A program made the translations under genes and the position numbers. 64,000 bases of DNA from Paecilomyces variotii (Eukaryota). Below the pieces are notes generated by a model that was not told where the DNA came from, made no database searches, and saw only the letters and a list, made by a program, of their open reading frames with translations. The number at the start of each line of letters is the position of its first letter. Positions within the stretch are counted from its first letter, which is position 1. The stretch lies in NCBI GenBank assembly GCA_004022145.1, contig RCNU01000005.1, one strand, 5' to 3'. This document shows positions 50,260 through 62,600 of this stretch, in pieces.

Positions 50260-50348
50260 CTGCAGTGAGAGAAATGGGTTAGTTCTGCTGAAGAAAGATG
50301 CCAGCTCAAAAGGTATAGGTCCTGTCACTGAGAATGCAGCATACTTAC
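50260..50348 (-). other. Probable 5'-UTR intron of the SUMO gene
   Basis: Consensus G|GTAAGT donor, ACTAAC branch and pyrimidine-rich CTGCAG| acceptor about 80 nt upstream of the ATG. Confidence 0.75.
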
Positions 50349-51678
50349 CAAAAGAGCTACAGTAGGAATAGTCAGGTGTCACAATTCTTGACGAGGATCT
50401 GAGGTGAAAGTAAAGAGGCGGACAAGAGCTGATATACCAGTGAAATGATGGGTGCAACAGCCACCCCACCGTCCGCGGAGAGAGCCCGGATAATCTGTTT
50501 TTGCGGCGCAGGTCCAATACAGGGACCGTCAATGGTCTCTCTCTTTGAAAGAGATGATCTATTGCAGATATTCTGCGGTTATTCTTTTCCTCCCATCAAT
50601 CAACCGAATATACACCGATTTTATGTTTTAGAGGGGCTTCCTGCTTACTCTTCCGTCTAAATTCAGTGCTGAGTTCACTTCCGGGATCTCAAACTGCCAA
50701 ACAGACGGCTTTGGTAGTTTACTTATTGCGTCATGGTAGAGTGTCCCAATGAGGTTGTGATCGAGAAATGAACAAACACTGAAGCCAAATGAATGATGTT
50801 CAGGGAGAGCTCAAAGATGATGTGAAGTATGATCCTCCTTGCCATCCACGAGCAGTACGTATAACCATGTTTGCCCTGTGCTATCCCGAGTCATGGCCCT
50901 AACTAACACTGCTCAGTGTGCTATACAAAGTGATTTCCCCTGCCCCCAAGTTCAAGTAGAAAAGGCTAACTAGCCTAAGCTTGCTTGACCAAGAACAATT
51001 ATAAAGAGGAGAGATGCCAAGCTCAACTAGACGCCTTATACGAATGTTGCAACGCATTCTATAAGGAGCGGGGTGAGGATGCGCAGACACCAAGCTGTCC
51101 TAAGCCGAGTCTGCTTAAGGTCAAATTGAAGCAGCGCGGCTTACAGAGCTGATCTCTTCCCAGTGCTCAGATGAGAAATATTGAGACAGAAGTAATCGGT
51201 GACAGGCGTTCATACACATGTACATATTTGATATCTTGTAGAAGCGCAATGCGAATTTCGACCGTTGTTTATCTTACGAGAGAATGCGCTGGTATGTAAC
51301 AGTTCTTTTGCAGTCTGAGCCCTCATAAAAATTAAAGGCTAGGCTAGTTGAAGAACTGCTAGATTGTTCTAAGACAACCTTGAGCGCGCGAGAGGTCCTT
51401 TGACCTGAATGGACACTGATCGATCCGTTCCGAGACTCTAATGGTTGCCTATTTGACATTTGTTGAAGAAAGAAAAAGAAGTTCAAAAAAAGGGCGAAGC
51501 GAAGAGATTTTGTACTGTGCAGGATCGTCTTGTGCTAGTCCCGATCGGAGCTAGCGTAAATGTTGGCCGGGAGGCGCGCCCGTAACATTATTGGGATCCA
51601 AGAAAGCTGGAAATAGCAGAGCTACAAACACCGCACGAGTGCGACAGCGAGCCTGAGTGCTGCTGCCTTCTGTCATAC

Positions 51679-54600
51679 ATGGCGCCTCTGACAAGAGCGG
51701 CTGGCGCTGCCAGAAGTAATGGTAGCTTTAATTTCGCACAGGTAAGTTCTCATCTTTTTTCCAGGCCCCCTTGAATTTGTTCGCTCATAGGTCACCAGGC
51801 TCCTCAACCCGCGTCATCGAATGAACCTGAAGTGATCGAGATCGACGATGACGACGACGAAGAAGATCAAGAAGATCAAGAAGATGAAGTAAGCGATGAG
51901 GAGGTCGAAGACGACGAAGATGAAATGGTAGACGACGAAGACGAAATAGTTGAAGACGAGGATGAAGAAGATGAGGACGAGGAGCCTGACGAGGGGCCCG
52001 AGGAAGAAACGAATGGAGTGGACGCTACATACGAGAATCCAAAAGCGAAACTGAAGGAGAACCGTCAAGGTAGGTTATTGGGCGGGAGCTATCAATGGGG
52101 CTTCAATTAACTGGAATCTTTCAGATGTCCGCATGTCGACACCGGACCTCTTCACCTCCGCAGGCGTTCAACAGGCCTTACACCCTCTGCGCCGTACAGC
52201 TGATCGCGTTACACGCCAGATCGAGGCATTTGCAGAGAAGCTAGATCGCTTTAAACAACATGAGCATCGCCCCAACGATATTAGCAGTTTCCAGGCCGCA
52301 TACCAACTTGTCAAGAGCTACCAGGTCATCGCAGAGGATCAGATCCAAGGGATTACAAGGCAAAACACTCTAAAGCGCGCAAAGTCTGGGTGGAGAGCTA
52401 GCCGTGACTCGCAGGACGGAATTGGTAGTCCTAAGACTGAGGAGGAGCTGAAACGACTACAATTGGAGGCTGATACTTGGGACCTTTTGCTGAACTTCCT
52501 AAGTGTCGACGATCCCGCTACCCGTGCGCATTCTACAAGCGCGCAAGAAACAGCTTTCCAGCATCTGCATCGGTATTCTACGGATCGCGAAGTATGGGAG
52601 CAGTTCCTCTCAGCTGATCGATTCGCTTCGGAGTGTGTTATCGTTATGAAGTGGCTTGAGCAAACTGCTAGGGCATCTAGCAATGATATCGACTCCCTGA
52701 TCGCCGATTTGGAGGCACAGGCGGAAAGAGGACAGGGATTGTGGGCTCACGGTTGGCTCTATACCAAGGAAACAATCAAAGGCCAAAAACGGTTACGCGC
52801 ATGGCCTCAGCCGCTTGAGCCAGACGATCCAGGACTTATTCGCTCCCTCCTGGGCTCGGAAAATCGTCAACCTCTAGTTACGCAATTAGACCCGGATGCG
52901 ATAACTAGACAGAAACATGGCCTTGAAAAGCAGGATCAATTCTTCGAACGGGCAACTTGGTTGACTTGCTGGAAAATGCTGAGAGAAGGCCAGAGTTGGA
53001 GCAAAATCCGAGAATGGTCGCAGGAGCGCCTGGAAAGCTGGCGAGCCGTTAGTTTGTGTGGTTCGAACATCGACACACAATCAAAAACCAGTCAAGAAGA
53101 TGATGGAATGACTCGAATGATGAACTGCCGGTCCCACGAATCCTGGAGGACTGCCTGCTCAGCACTAGCTCAGAATCAAAACACGGAAGACTTTGAGCGA
53201 GCTGTTTACGCGCTACTCGCGGGTGAGACTGAGCCTGCATACAAGGTCTGTCAGAGCTGGGATGATTATCTCTATGTCTTCTACAACCATGTTCTGCTGT
53301 CGCGTTACCAGGGATTCTGCAAGCAGTTCCAACGGAAACTGAACCATCCTGCGAACGGCAATGTAGCCTTCTTGCCAGAGCCTGAAGCATATGACGAAGT
53401 TCGCAAGTTCCTGGAAACAGTCAAGGGTCATGAGCGCATCAGCGTCGAAGCTCGAAACCCTTATCGCACTATTCAAAGCGCCATCTTATGCAAGGACTAT
53501 GATTCATTTTTTGTTGCCTTTGCAAATGCAGTTTCTAAAGTCGCCACGACCTCGGAGTCTGATCTCGTGCCTGACCTCTCGCCCACGCATGTGGAAGATT
53601 CTGCTCTTATTGCAGCCAAAGACCAGGACTCTCTGCGAATTGCGACACATTTATATGTGATTGCAAAATCGCTTGGTTACGCTCGCGCAGATTCTCACTT
53701 CTCTCAGACTGCAGCCGTGACCTTGATAGGATACATCGACTTCCTGCAGAAGGTGCACTTGGTGGACCTCATAGCGTCCTATGCCTCTCTTCTTCCGGCT
53801 CCTCTAGCGCACTCCGTACTTGCTAGAGTGCTGATTGACGTTGTCGACCCTAGAGAGCGAAAGATCCAGGCCCGGTCAATGCATAAGCATAAGATTGACA
53901 TGCAGGCTGTACTACGCACTCAGTGGGAATGGGTCCTCAGCGACGCTATGCAGGTAGAAGATGTAAACTCCACTATCCGTCTTTCCAAGAGCGTCCGGGG
54001 CGGCGACGGTTATAAGGAGTTGGCGCCGGTGAAGAAGAATTTTGTCGGAAAGTATGTGTCTCCTGAAGACGAACGAACAATTCGTTGTCTTGAGTGGCAC
54101 CGCTACCTTGAAGACCAGTGGCAGCGTATATGCCAACTCGGCACATTGTTGTACAAGAGATTTTACGGTACGTTCTGTTGCGCGCCACTAGAAAACGTGC
54201 ACTAATATGTCGAATAGCTTCTGGGTCTCTTGCGGCAGCTCGTGAGCTATCCAGGCGCATGAGATTATCCGACATCTCCCGGGAGATACTGGGCATTGAT
54301 GTCGCGGACGTACCCCTTCTCGATGAGGATGGTGCCGGAATACCAGCCTCAGAACCCGCTAGCCCGGTGAAGACAAGCCCATCGAAGAAGTCAAGTCGTT
54401 CGAAGAACCAAGCAACGAACGGTCTACAGTCTCGTAGTCGCCAAGCGATCATGTATGAACAGTCTCAGATGATGCGCGAATTTGAGCGACTTATTCTGGT
54501 CTTTGACGCCTTGGAGGATTTCGCCGTGACCTATGAAGACTTTGAACAGTGCGTCTCGCCTCTTTTAAATACGCAAACAACTTTTGCTAATTGTTTCTAT

Positions 54601-55137
54601 AGGAACAAGACTTCAGGAGAGCCTACTGCAGTACACGAATTGAGAAACAATCTGCAAGTCCTACTTGACCAGCTTACCGAGCATATCAACTACCTATGCG
54701 ACGATTGGCTTATTCAGGCTCGGGATGGTGAGTATAATAGCAGATTCCCCGTTGCACCTTCATGCTCTTGCTTATTTTCTCCTGTTGCAGAACTCGAGGA
54801 GACTCAATTGGAGTACATCCGCAGCACTTATCTACCGGAGGTCTTCCTTTACTACCACAATGCTCTTTATTTTGCGGGCCATTCACTCTCTGGCGAGTTC
54901 CTAGTTGAATGCGTGAATCTTTCCACGGTCATTGCAGGCAACCCTAGTTTGACTAGCAGTTTCGTATCTGCGGGCCGCATGTGCGAGCTGGTAGATGCGT
55001 TGGCTTTGTCGAGTACGGCACTTGTGAATACCCCAACACCTAAAAACAAAAAGAAGCTTGCACATGGAGCGAGATTCGACATCTGGAAGATCAAGCTTGA
55101 AGGCGACGATCCGACTGCAATCTTCCGCCAACCCTGA
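51679..55137 (+). CDS. NUP84: Nucleoporin Nup84/Nup107, about 6 exons, with acidic N-terminal exon
   Basis: LQLEADTWDLL, VMKWLE, LVTQLDPDA, WKMLREG, WRAVSLCG, FERAVYALLAG, CQSWDDYL, IRSTYLPE are typical Nup84/107 motifs; introns at ~51742-51798, 52069-52124, 54168-54217, 54549-54602, 54728-54790. Confidence 0.88.
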
Positions 55138-55627
55138 TGACGATACGCGGTTTGTCTTTGTTGTTGCAATTGAATCGTGCCGCCAGGCGGCGTAGAATTG
55201 AATATGGAGGGGTCAGACATCTGCGGTATTGGAAGGAGCACTGCCGTGACTGCATCGGGACGGGATACTCATCGTGTTTATGGGATCTATCGGGGCACTT
55301 TTTAGGGTGTTGGTGTAAATTAGGACTCGATCCACTTGATTATCAATCTGCATGAGAGATATCTCTAGGCTATGGGCTTCAGATCAGGGATCACAAATAC
55401 TTCCCTGTCCAAGGGCGCCTCAAAACGCTTAGTATCAACCTTTGTAATAACTGTCGCAATATCATATGAGGTAATACTCGTTTCATTTACAGCTAGGACT
55501 GGGATACTGTCATCGCATCACGCATTCATAGTCCTGACCCTCATTATCGGCCAGTTAGAACAAGACCACCGATAACGATGGGAGATGCATCGTCGCTTGC
55601 TTCCCGACAAAATCTCCGATGCAAAGC

Positions 55628-56611
55628 CTACTCATACTCTGCCATGAGCCTATTCCCCTGAACCTTTGCCGGGAAGGCCTCTTCGCCCAAAGTGGTCGTA
55701 TGCGCCCATGGCTTCAGGCTATTCTCCCGATGGATGACAGCAGTGAAGCAATCGCTCCACTTCAGACGCGGGTAGTGTTTGGTTACATCTTCGATTGTTG
55801 CTTTGTGGACTAGTTGAGAGTGCGTGCCTGTGTTATCTATTGATTTCTATTAGTAGTTGATTCATGTGGTGGAGTTTTGAGCATGGTCATAGCCACATAA
55901 TATCCATACATGAGCTATGTCTATGGTTCTAAGTAACCTACGATAGGAACCATGACAAGACAGGGAGAGGGGGGCCATGGGGGAAAAGGGAGTCAAAGAA
56001 AGGAGAAAGAAAGTACCAAAGATCGTGGCCAGCTGCAATAATTGCCCTAACGCTGTAATCTTCCCCTCCTGGCACAGATCCTGATGTCGAATAATAGCTT
56101 CCGTAACACTCTCAGCCTGCTCACGCGGAGCTGCCATGGGCGACGCAACCGCGATTGCTCCAGTTGACTGTAGTAAATTGAGAGCCAAGATACCACCGTA
56201 GAACTCGAAGCTGATATGGGTCTTATGCAGATTCTCTTCCGTCGTACCGATGTCATGCAGCAGACAGCTGAGGAAGTATGTCTCGTCCGTAAATGCCCAG
56301 GTCGGGAAGCGGTAACGCTTCATGGCGATTCCGTACAGGTAGACACGCAGTGAGTGGTTGTATGTCGGTTCTGGGAGATGCGATTTCGCATAGTCGTGGA
56401 TGCGTTGAGCGAGGGGCGTATTGGGAATAGGGATGTCTGAGACGGATATAGGTGCTGGAGGTGAGGATGGAGCCGGGTAGGGCGTTGAGGAATTGAGCAG
56501 CGTTTCCGCGGAGGAAGGAACAGCTGTGAATCCATAGGTCTCAACGGGGTCGATGGCCGTATTCTTTTTCTTTGTGGGTTGATCCTTGTTGTGAGGGAGA
56601 ACTGAGGACAT
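55628..56611 (-). CDS. Cyanamide hydratase / HD-domain urea hydro-lyase (Ddi2/Ddi3-like), 2 exons
   Basis: YGFTAVP, TYNHSLRVY, CLLHDIGTT (HD), SFEFYGG, EAIIRHQD, LQLATIF|DNTG, YPRLKWSDCF, KPWAHTT; intron ~55837-56015. Confidence 0.92.
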
Positions 56612-59328
56612 GTTGATTTGATAAAAGCGTGACTTTGTAATTATTTATATAGTTAATACCGAACTATACTGTGGAGTCGTAGAAAACCTGTCGAAGGACT
56701 CGATGGCTTTTTTATATAGATGAATAAGTAGAATTATATGATCTCTACAGATTGATTTATAAGGACTGATGTCATTTATGGTGCTGGAGAGGTTATTCAT
56801 TACATTTTGCCATGAAGACCGAGTGGAAGACTTTCGTGGTTGACAACCTCAGGGCGTGACGACGGCTCCGCATGGCTTCCGCAGAATCAATCTATGACGA
56901 GTGAATTACTGTGCATGTTCCCTCTTTGTATGGAATCACAAGCACATTGACAATTGCAGTATTGGTGGAAAATCAAGAGCATCCCCTATCCGGTTCTTAC
57001 ACTTGGGCATCATATGGAATTGGACTCGTTGGGTGTGACTGTCAGTCGTCGGAAAGGAATACAGAATGCGCGAACAAGGCTGGGATTATCAACATCTGTG
57101 ATATGACCGCATAAGAGACTGGTTATATGATCAGCAGAACAGAAAACCGCTGTTGATGTGATCTAAATAATCGATTCCTCTGCAAATGAGTTTTCATCTT
57201 TTTTTGCATAGTCTGGTACAGTGGCATATCTCAAGCAGCCAAGCTAGGGGCGATATCCTACAGTCTACATCCAAAAGCCGTCAAACATCAAAGTGGCTCA
57301 GTATGACAGACCCAAGCGCGATAACAAAATATTCACTGGGGTTGAATCTTTTTCGTCCGCGCTAGTGGTCTGATGCGCCTACACGTCTAACGCATCGGTG
57401 CAAGGGATACCCCGGAAATGCAAACAGGAATATTAAGTTATGTAGATTCGGCTGACAGCTTGTGAGACAGATCATATTAGTCTTATTTATTGTAGGGGCA
57501 CATGGGAGGCAACATGTTGTCAAGACTGCTGCCATTCAGTTCTGGTCATTATTATTTGCATTCCAGGGAGGACACTGTCTCCTAGGATACTATTAGGAAA
57601 GTATTAGGCGAATAAGCGCCATGATTGCACAGCATTCTCTTGACTGGAGTTGAACAATCCTGGTAATGAGGGCCCTAGCACAAGGAGCCTTGGTCCCGCG
57701 ATTTACCTATGTGGTTTTGAACCCGTCACAACGTCCTCTTTGACATACGGAGCTCTCTTTTCCTGACTATTAGCTGTGGGACCGTATAGCAACAAGGATA
57801 ACTATATGGATGTGGACAAGAGAAAGAACCACTTTGGATGATTCTTACTGGGGGTCTGTTCTGTCGTTGGTGTCCTCGAATCGGCGCTGACGAGTCGATC
57901 TCCAAAAGATGTGTCCTCGAACACTGAAGAACCATCACTCTTGAACAGCGCGTTTGGACCTTCCTGAAGCAGTCGAAACAGCCAGTCGGGCTTATCTTTT
58001 ATCTGATAAGTTAGCAGTAGCAGCAGTTCCATAAGCGACCAGAAACGCCGACTGACAAAGGTCGTCTCCCATGGGGCCCCTCTAGACCGATCGACCTGTG
58101 CCAAGAACGGCTTTGATGGACCCTTTTTGTATCTCGAATTGACGTAGCAAGCCCGGCGGATCTTGGGTGGAGCTCGTTAAGCTCAAGTTGACTAGAATAT
58201 GCCGCCCCTAAAGGCCGGCCGAAAGCGTACCTGCGCGGGTAGACTACCAAGGCATAACTAAGTGGCCGTTCTGTAGCCGGTAAGCTCCTTCTGTCGCGTG
58301 GTTGATTATTGCCAGGATGCAGTCGTCTGGGTTACTCTGTCGATAACATTATCGGTTCTGCGATGGCATGTCCGTCACAACATGACATCTGGCATTGCCG
58401 CCCTGAAAATGCCTCATCCTGTTTGGGTGGAAAGGAAGACTGGGTTCGTGGTTCATGTTGGCCGACGCTCTGAATGCGAGTCCAATGAAGGACAAGTGAG
58501 TGAGGCTGTGCAAACGCTAAAGCAACCCCCAACCCCATCTCCCGTCTGGGCAAAGAAATTTTCTTGTCTGGATCCTGCTTTGCCAGTAGTGGCGAGCTCT
58601 TGCGGTCAGGAGCCATGATGCTGATGGTACGTTAGCTTTGGAATCAGGCTTCTTGTGGGGGAGTTGGCTGATGGGAGAAGAGAGTAGACGTATCTATATC
58701 CCGTCAATCGTGAAGGCCTATCTCAAGTATCAATCTGAATCAGCGAGGCCTGTCATCGGCGAGTTGTACCTAACTGTACCATAAGCCCTGGTAATTAATA
58801 TCGATGATGACAGGGCAATAATAATATATGCTCTGGAACGGCTGCTCAAGGAGCAATGGCAGCCCTGAGTGGCTGCTGTTGGCATTCGGGTGCAAATAGT
58901 CTTCCCGCATGCAACTGTCTAGTGGAGAACTAGTGTAACAAGGGGAGAGCAACAGTCCGGAGGCGTCGATTGATGCCCATGGATCTGCCCATTACTCTCT
59001 GTTGCAAAGACGGGGGATAGCTCCGTCTGGTCAAACGTTTGGGTCCGGAGGTTGGAAGGTTTCCCGCCCGTTGTTATTACTGTTAATATTGTAAGAAAAG
59101 CCTGGGCTCTGATCATCACGCTCCTGAGCCCCGACGAAAAGCTCGCCCAGTGTGTGCTTAACTCTACTCCAAACACGGTGCTCGTTGCACACTGTTGATG
59201 GCAGTCTTCGCACTTTCATTGGACATATCCCCGACCATCGTGGTTCGTCGACAAGACGATCGTTGTGTTGTCTTTGCTGGCGATCCAACCTGATCAGTTC
59301 GACGGGGAATCCTGGACAGGCACGACTG

Positions 59329-59422
59329 GTATGTACGCCATTTCAACGGTTCGCACTCGATCGTTTCCCTACAACAGCCAAAAATCGCGGTTCTCAGTGG
59401 ATGGACTGACGCAGTTTGATAG
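59329..59422 (+). other. Probable 5'-UTR intron of the Ca2+-ATPase gene
   Basis: G|GTATGT donor, ACTGAC branch, GATAG| acceptor about 250 nt before the ATG. Confidence 0.55.
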
Positions 59423-59674
59423 GTGTGAGCGCCATCTCTCTCTAGTGGCCATCAGCAGCGTCACAACGAGGGCTGGGAAGGAAGCTCTTTTTCCAGCGAC
59501 GTCTTTATACACACTCTCTTCTAAGGCCATCTAGGTTCAGACATTCCTTTTGGTGGGATAAGCTTGAGCTATGACATAGTGGGTTGCAAGAGAGGCGAAT
59601 CGACCTTCGTTACTTCCTTCCAGGACCTCTCTGCTATTCTTATATGATCGTATCACCGGCCAGTTACCATAACC

Positions 59675-62600
59675 ATGTCGGACCGAAAGGAAAATGGGGA
59701 TGGCGCACGACAGAACAACAACCCTTTCCGGAGGGCACGAGCGCCCACTATCACCATCGATACATCTGCGGTGAATCTCGCTACGGACTCACCCTCGCAA
59801 GGCCAAGGGGGAGCTGCACCGGCTCGACCTCAACCTTCCTTGCGGATCTCAACAAGCAATGTGGAAACTGACACGGGCACACTGCTACCAAGCAACGACG
59901 TGTCGCCTACTGATCAACGATCCATGCGCTCTTTCGAAGGTCGGGAGAGGGAGAGCAGGCCTACATCGCCGCACAACGTTTCGTCGCCGACCTTCAAAGG
60001 GCCTGATGTTCACTCCAACTTTCTAGCGGTTCCTGGCAGCAGGTCTCGCGGCAACTCAATCGAATCAGAAGGGACAACCCATAGCGGAAGCTCGTTTGGA
60101 AGTGATACTTACGTTCAATCTTCCCCAGTCGACAATTCCAGGACGAATAGCACCGTTATGAACGACGAAGATGCTTTGCTCCCTGATCCAGGAACGGAAG
60201 GTGACTTCGAGGTGGAGGATAACAAATTCGCATTTTCTCCGGGCCAACTGAACAAACTTCTGAATCCAAAGAGCCTATCGGCCTTTCATGCTATCGGTGG
60301 TCTCGCTGGTCTTGAGCGGGGACTTAGGTCCGATAGGCGGAGCGGTTTGAGCCTGGACGAGACTTATTTGGACGGTACGGTCAGCTTCGAGGAGGCAACA
60401 GGAAGAGATGTTCAACAACAGACACCAAAGGTTGCGTCAAATACCCCCTTGGCGGATTCAAACCAGGGCGCCAGTGGCCAAGGTGGTGACGCGTTTGCCG
60501 ATCGAAAGCGCGTATTTGGGGATAATAGGCTGCCAGAAAAGAAGGCCAAGTCGTTCTTGGAACTGGCATGGATTGCATATAACGACAAGGTTCTGATTCT
60601 GTTGACAATAGCTGCCGTCATCTCACTTGCACTTGGAATCTACCAGTCTGTCACGGCCAAGAACGGCGAGCCGGGCGTCGAATGGGTAGAAGGTGTCGCT
60701 ATTATAGTAGCCATTTTGATCGTGGTCATTGTCGGTGCTGTCAACGATTGGCAGAAAGAACGGCAGTTTGTCAAACTGAATAAGAAGAAAGAAGATCGTC
60801 ATGTTAAGGTGATACGGTCAGGGAAAACAGTCGAGATCTCCGTGTTCGATGTCCTCGTTGGCGACGTGGTGCATCTGGAGCCGGGTGACCTGGTACCGGT
60901 GGATGGTATTTTCATTGAAGGTCACAATCTGAAATGCGACGAGTCGTCTGCAACGGGAGAGTCCGACATGTTACGCAAGCACTCAGCAGACGACGTTTAC
61001 AGAGCCATTGAAAACCATGAGAACCTTTCCAAGATGGACCCTTTCATCGTGTCGGGTGCCAAGGTTTCTGAAGGTGTTGGAACGTTTCTCGTCACATCCA
61101 CCGGCGTCAACTCAAGTTATGGAAAGACCATGATGTCCCTACAAGATGAAGGCCAGACAACACCGTTACAGTCCAAACTGAATGTTCTGGCTGAACACAT
61201 CGCCAAGCTTGGTCTCGCTTCAGGTCTACTCCTGTTTGTGGTGCTGTTTATCAAGTTTCTCGTCGAGCTGAAGAACATCGATGGTGCCGATGCAAAGGGA
61301 CAAGCTTTCCTCCAGATTTTCATTGTTGCAGTGACAATCATCGTCGTTGCAGTGCCGGAGGGGTTGCCCTTGGCTGTTACTCTTGCTCTCGCCTTTGCCA
61401 CCACACGTATGTTGAAGGACAACAATCTGGTTCGTCTTCTGCGAGCTTGCGAGACTATGGGCAATGCGACTACCATCTGCTCGGACAAGACTGGTACACT
61501 CACTCAAAATAAGATGAGTGTAGTGGCCGGTACCTTGGGCACCTCTTCTAGGTTTGGGGATAAAAAGAAGCCGCAGAACTCATCGACTGAAGTCGAGACT
61601 AGCAACAATGGCGGTGACGATTCTAGTAACGTCTCTCCTTCAGAATTTGTCGCTACTTTGTCTCCGTCTGTAAAGGATATGCTATTGCAATCTATCGTGC
61701 AGAATTCGACTGCGTTTGAAGGTGACGAAGATGGTGTACCTACTTTCGTTGGGTCAAAGACAGAGACCGCACTGTTGAATTTTGCACGCGATTTCCTTGG
61801 TATGGGCGCTCTCAGTGAAGCCCGGTCCAACTCTCAGATGGTTCAAATGGTCCCTTTCGATTCTGGAAGGAAGTGTATGGCCGTGGTGATCAAACAGCAG
61901 GATGGACGATATCGAATGTTTGTCAAAGGTGCCTCTGAGATACTGATTTCCAAATCGACGCGAATCATAAGCGATCCCACGAAAGAACCGGCGGATACCC
62001 CTCTGACGGATCAAATGCGTTCATCTCTCAATGACATTGTCGCCAATTATGCGTCCCGCTCGCTACGAACTATTGGTCTCTTGTACCGTGACTTTGACCA
62101 GTGGCCTCCACGAGGTGCTCCTACTCTGGAAGAAGATCGAAAACTCGCGCAGTTCGATGCTATCTTCAAAGATATGGTCTTCCTCGGAGTGGTCGGAATT
62201 CAGGATCCTCTCCGCCCTGGTGTCGCTGACTCCGTCCATCAGTGTCAGAAAGCCGGTGTATTTGTACGCATGGTTACAGGTGACAACATATTAACAGCGA
62301 AGGCTATTGCGCAAGAATGTGGCATATTCACTCCTGGCGGCGTCGCAATGGAAGGCCCCAAATTCCGCAAGCTCAGCTCTCATCAGATGAATCAAGTGAT
62401 CCCTAGACTTCAGGTACTTGCGAGATCAAGTCCTGAGGATAAGAGAATTCTCGTTGCGCGGTTAAAGAAACTGGGCGAGACGGTTGCTGTCACTGGTGAT
62501 GGCACGAACGACGCGCCAGCTCTGAAAACTGCTGATGTTGGTTTCTCCATGGGAATTGCTGGAACCGAGGTGGCCAAGGAGGCGTCGGATATTATTCTGA

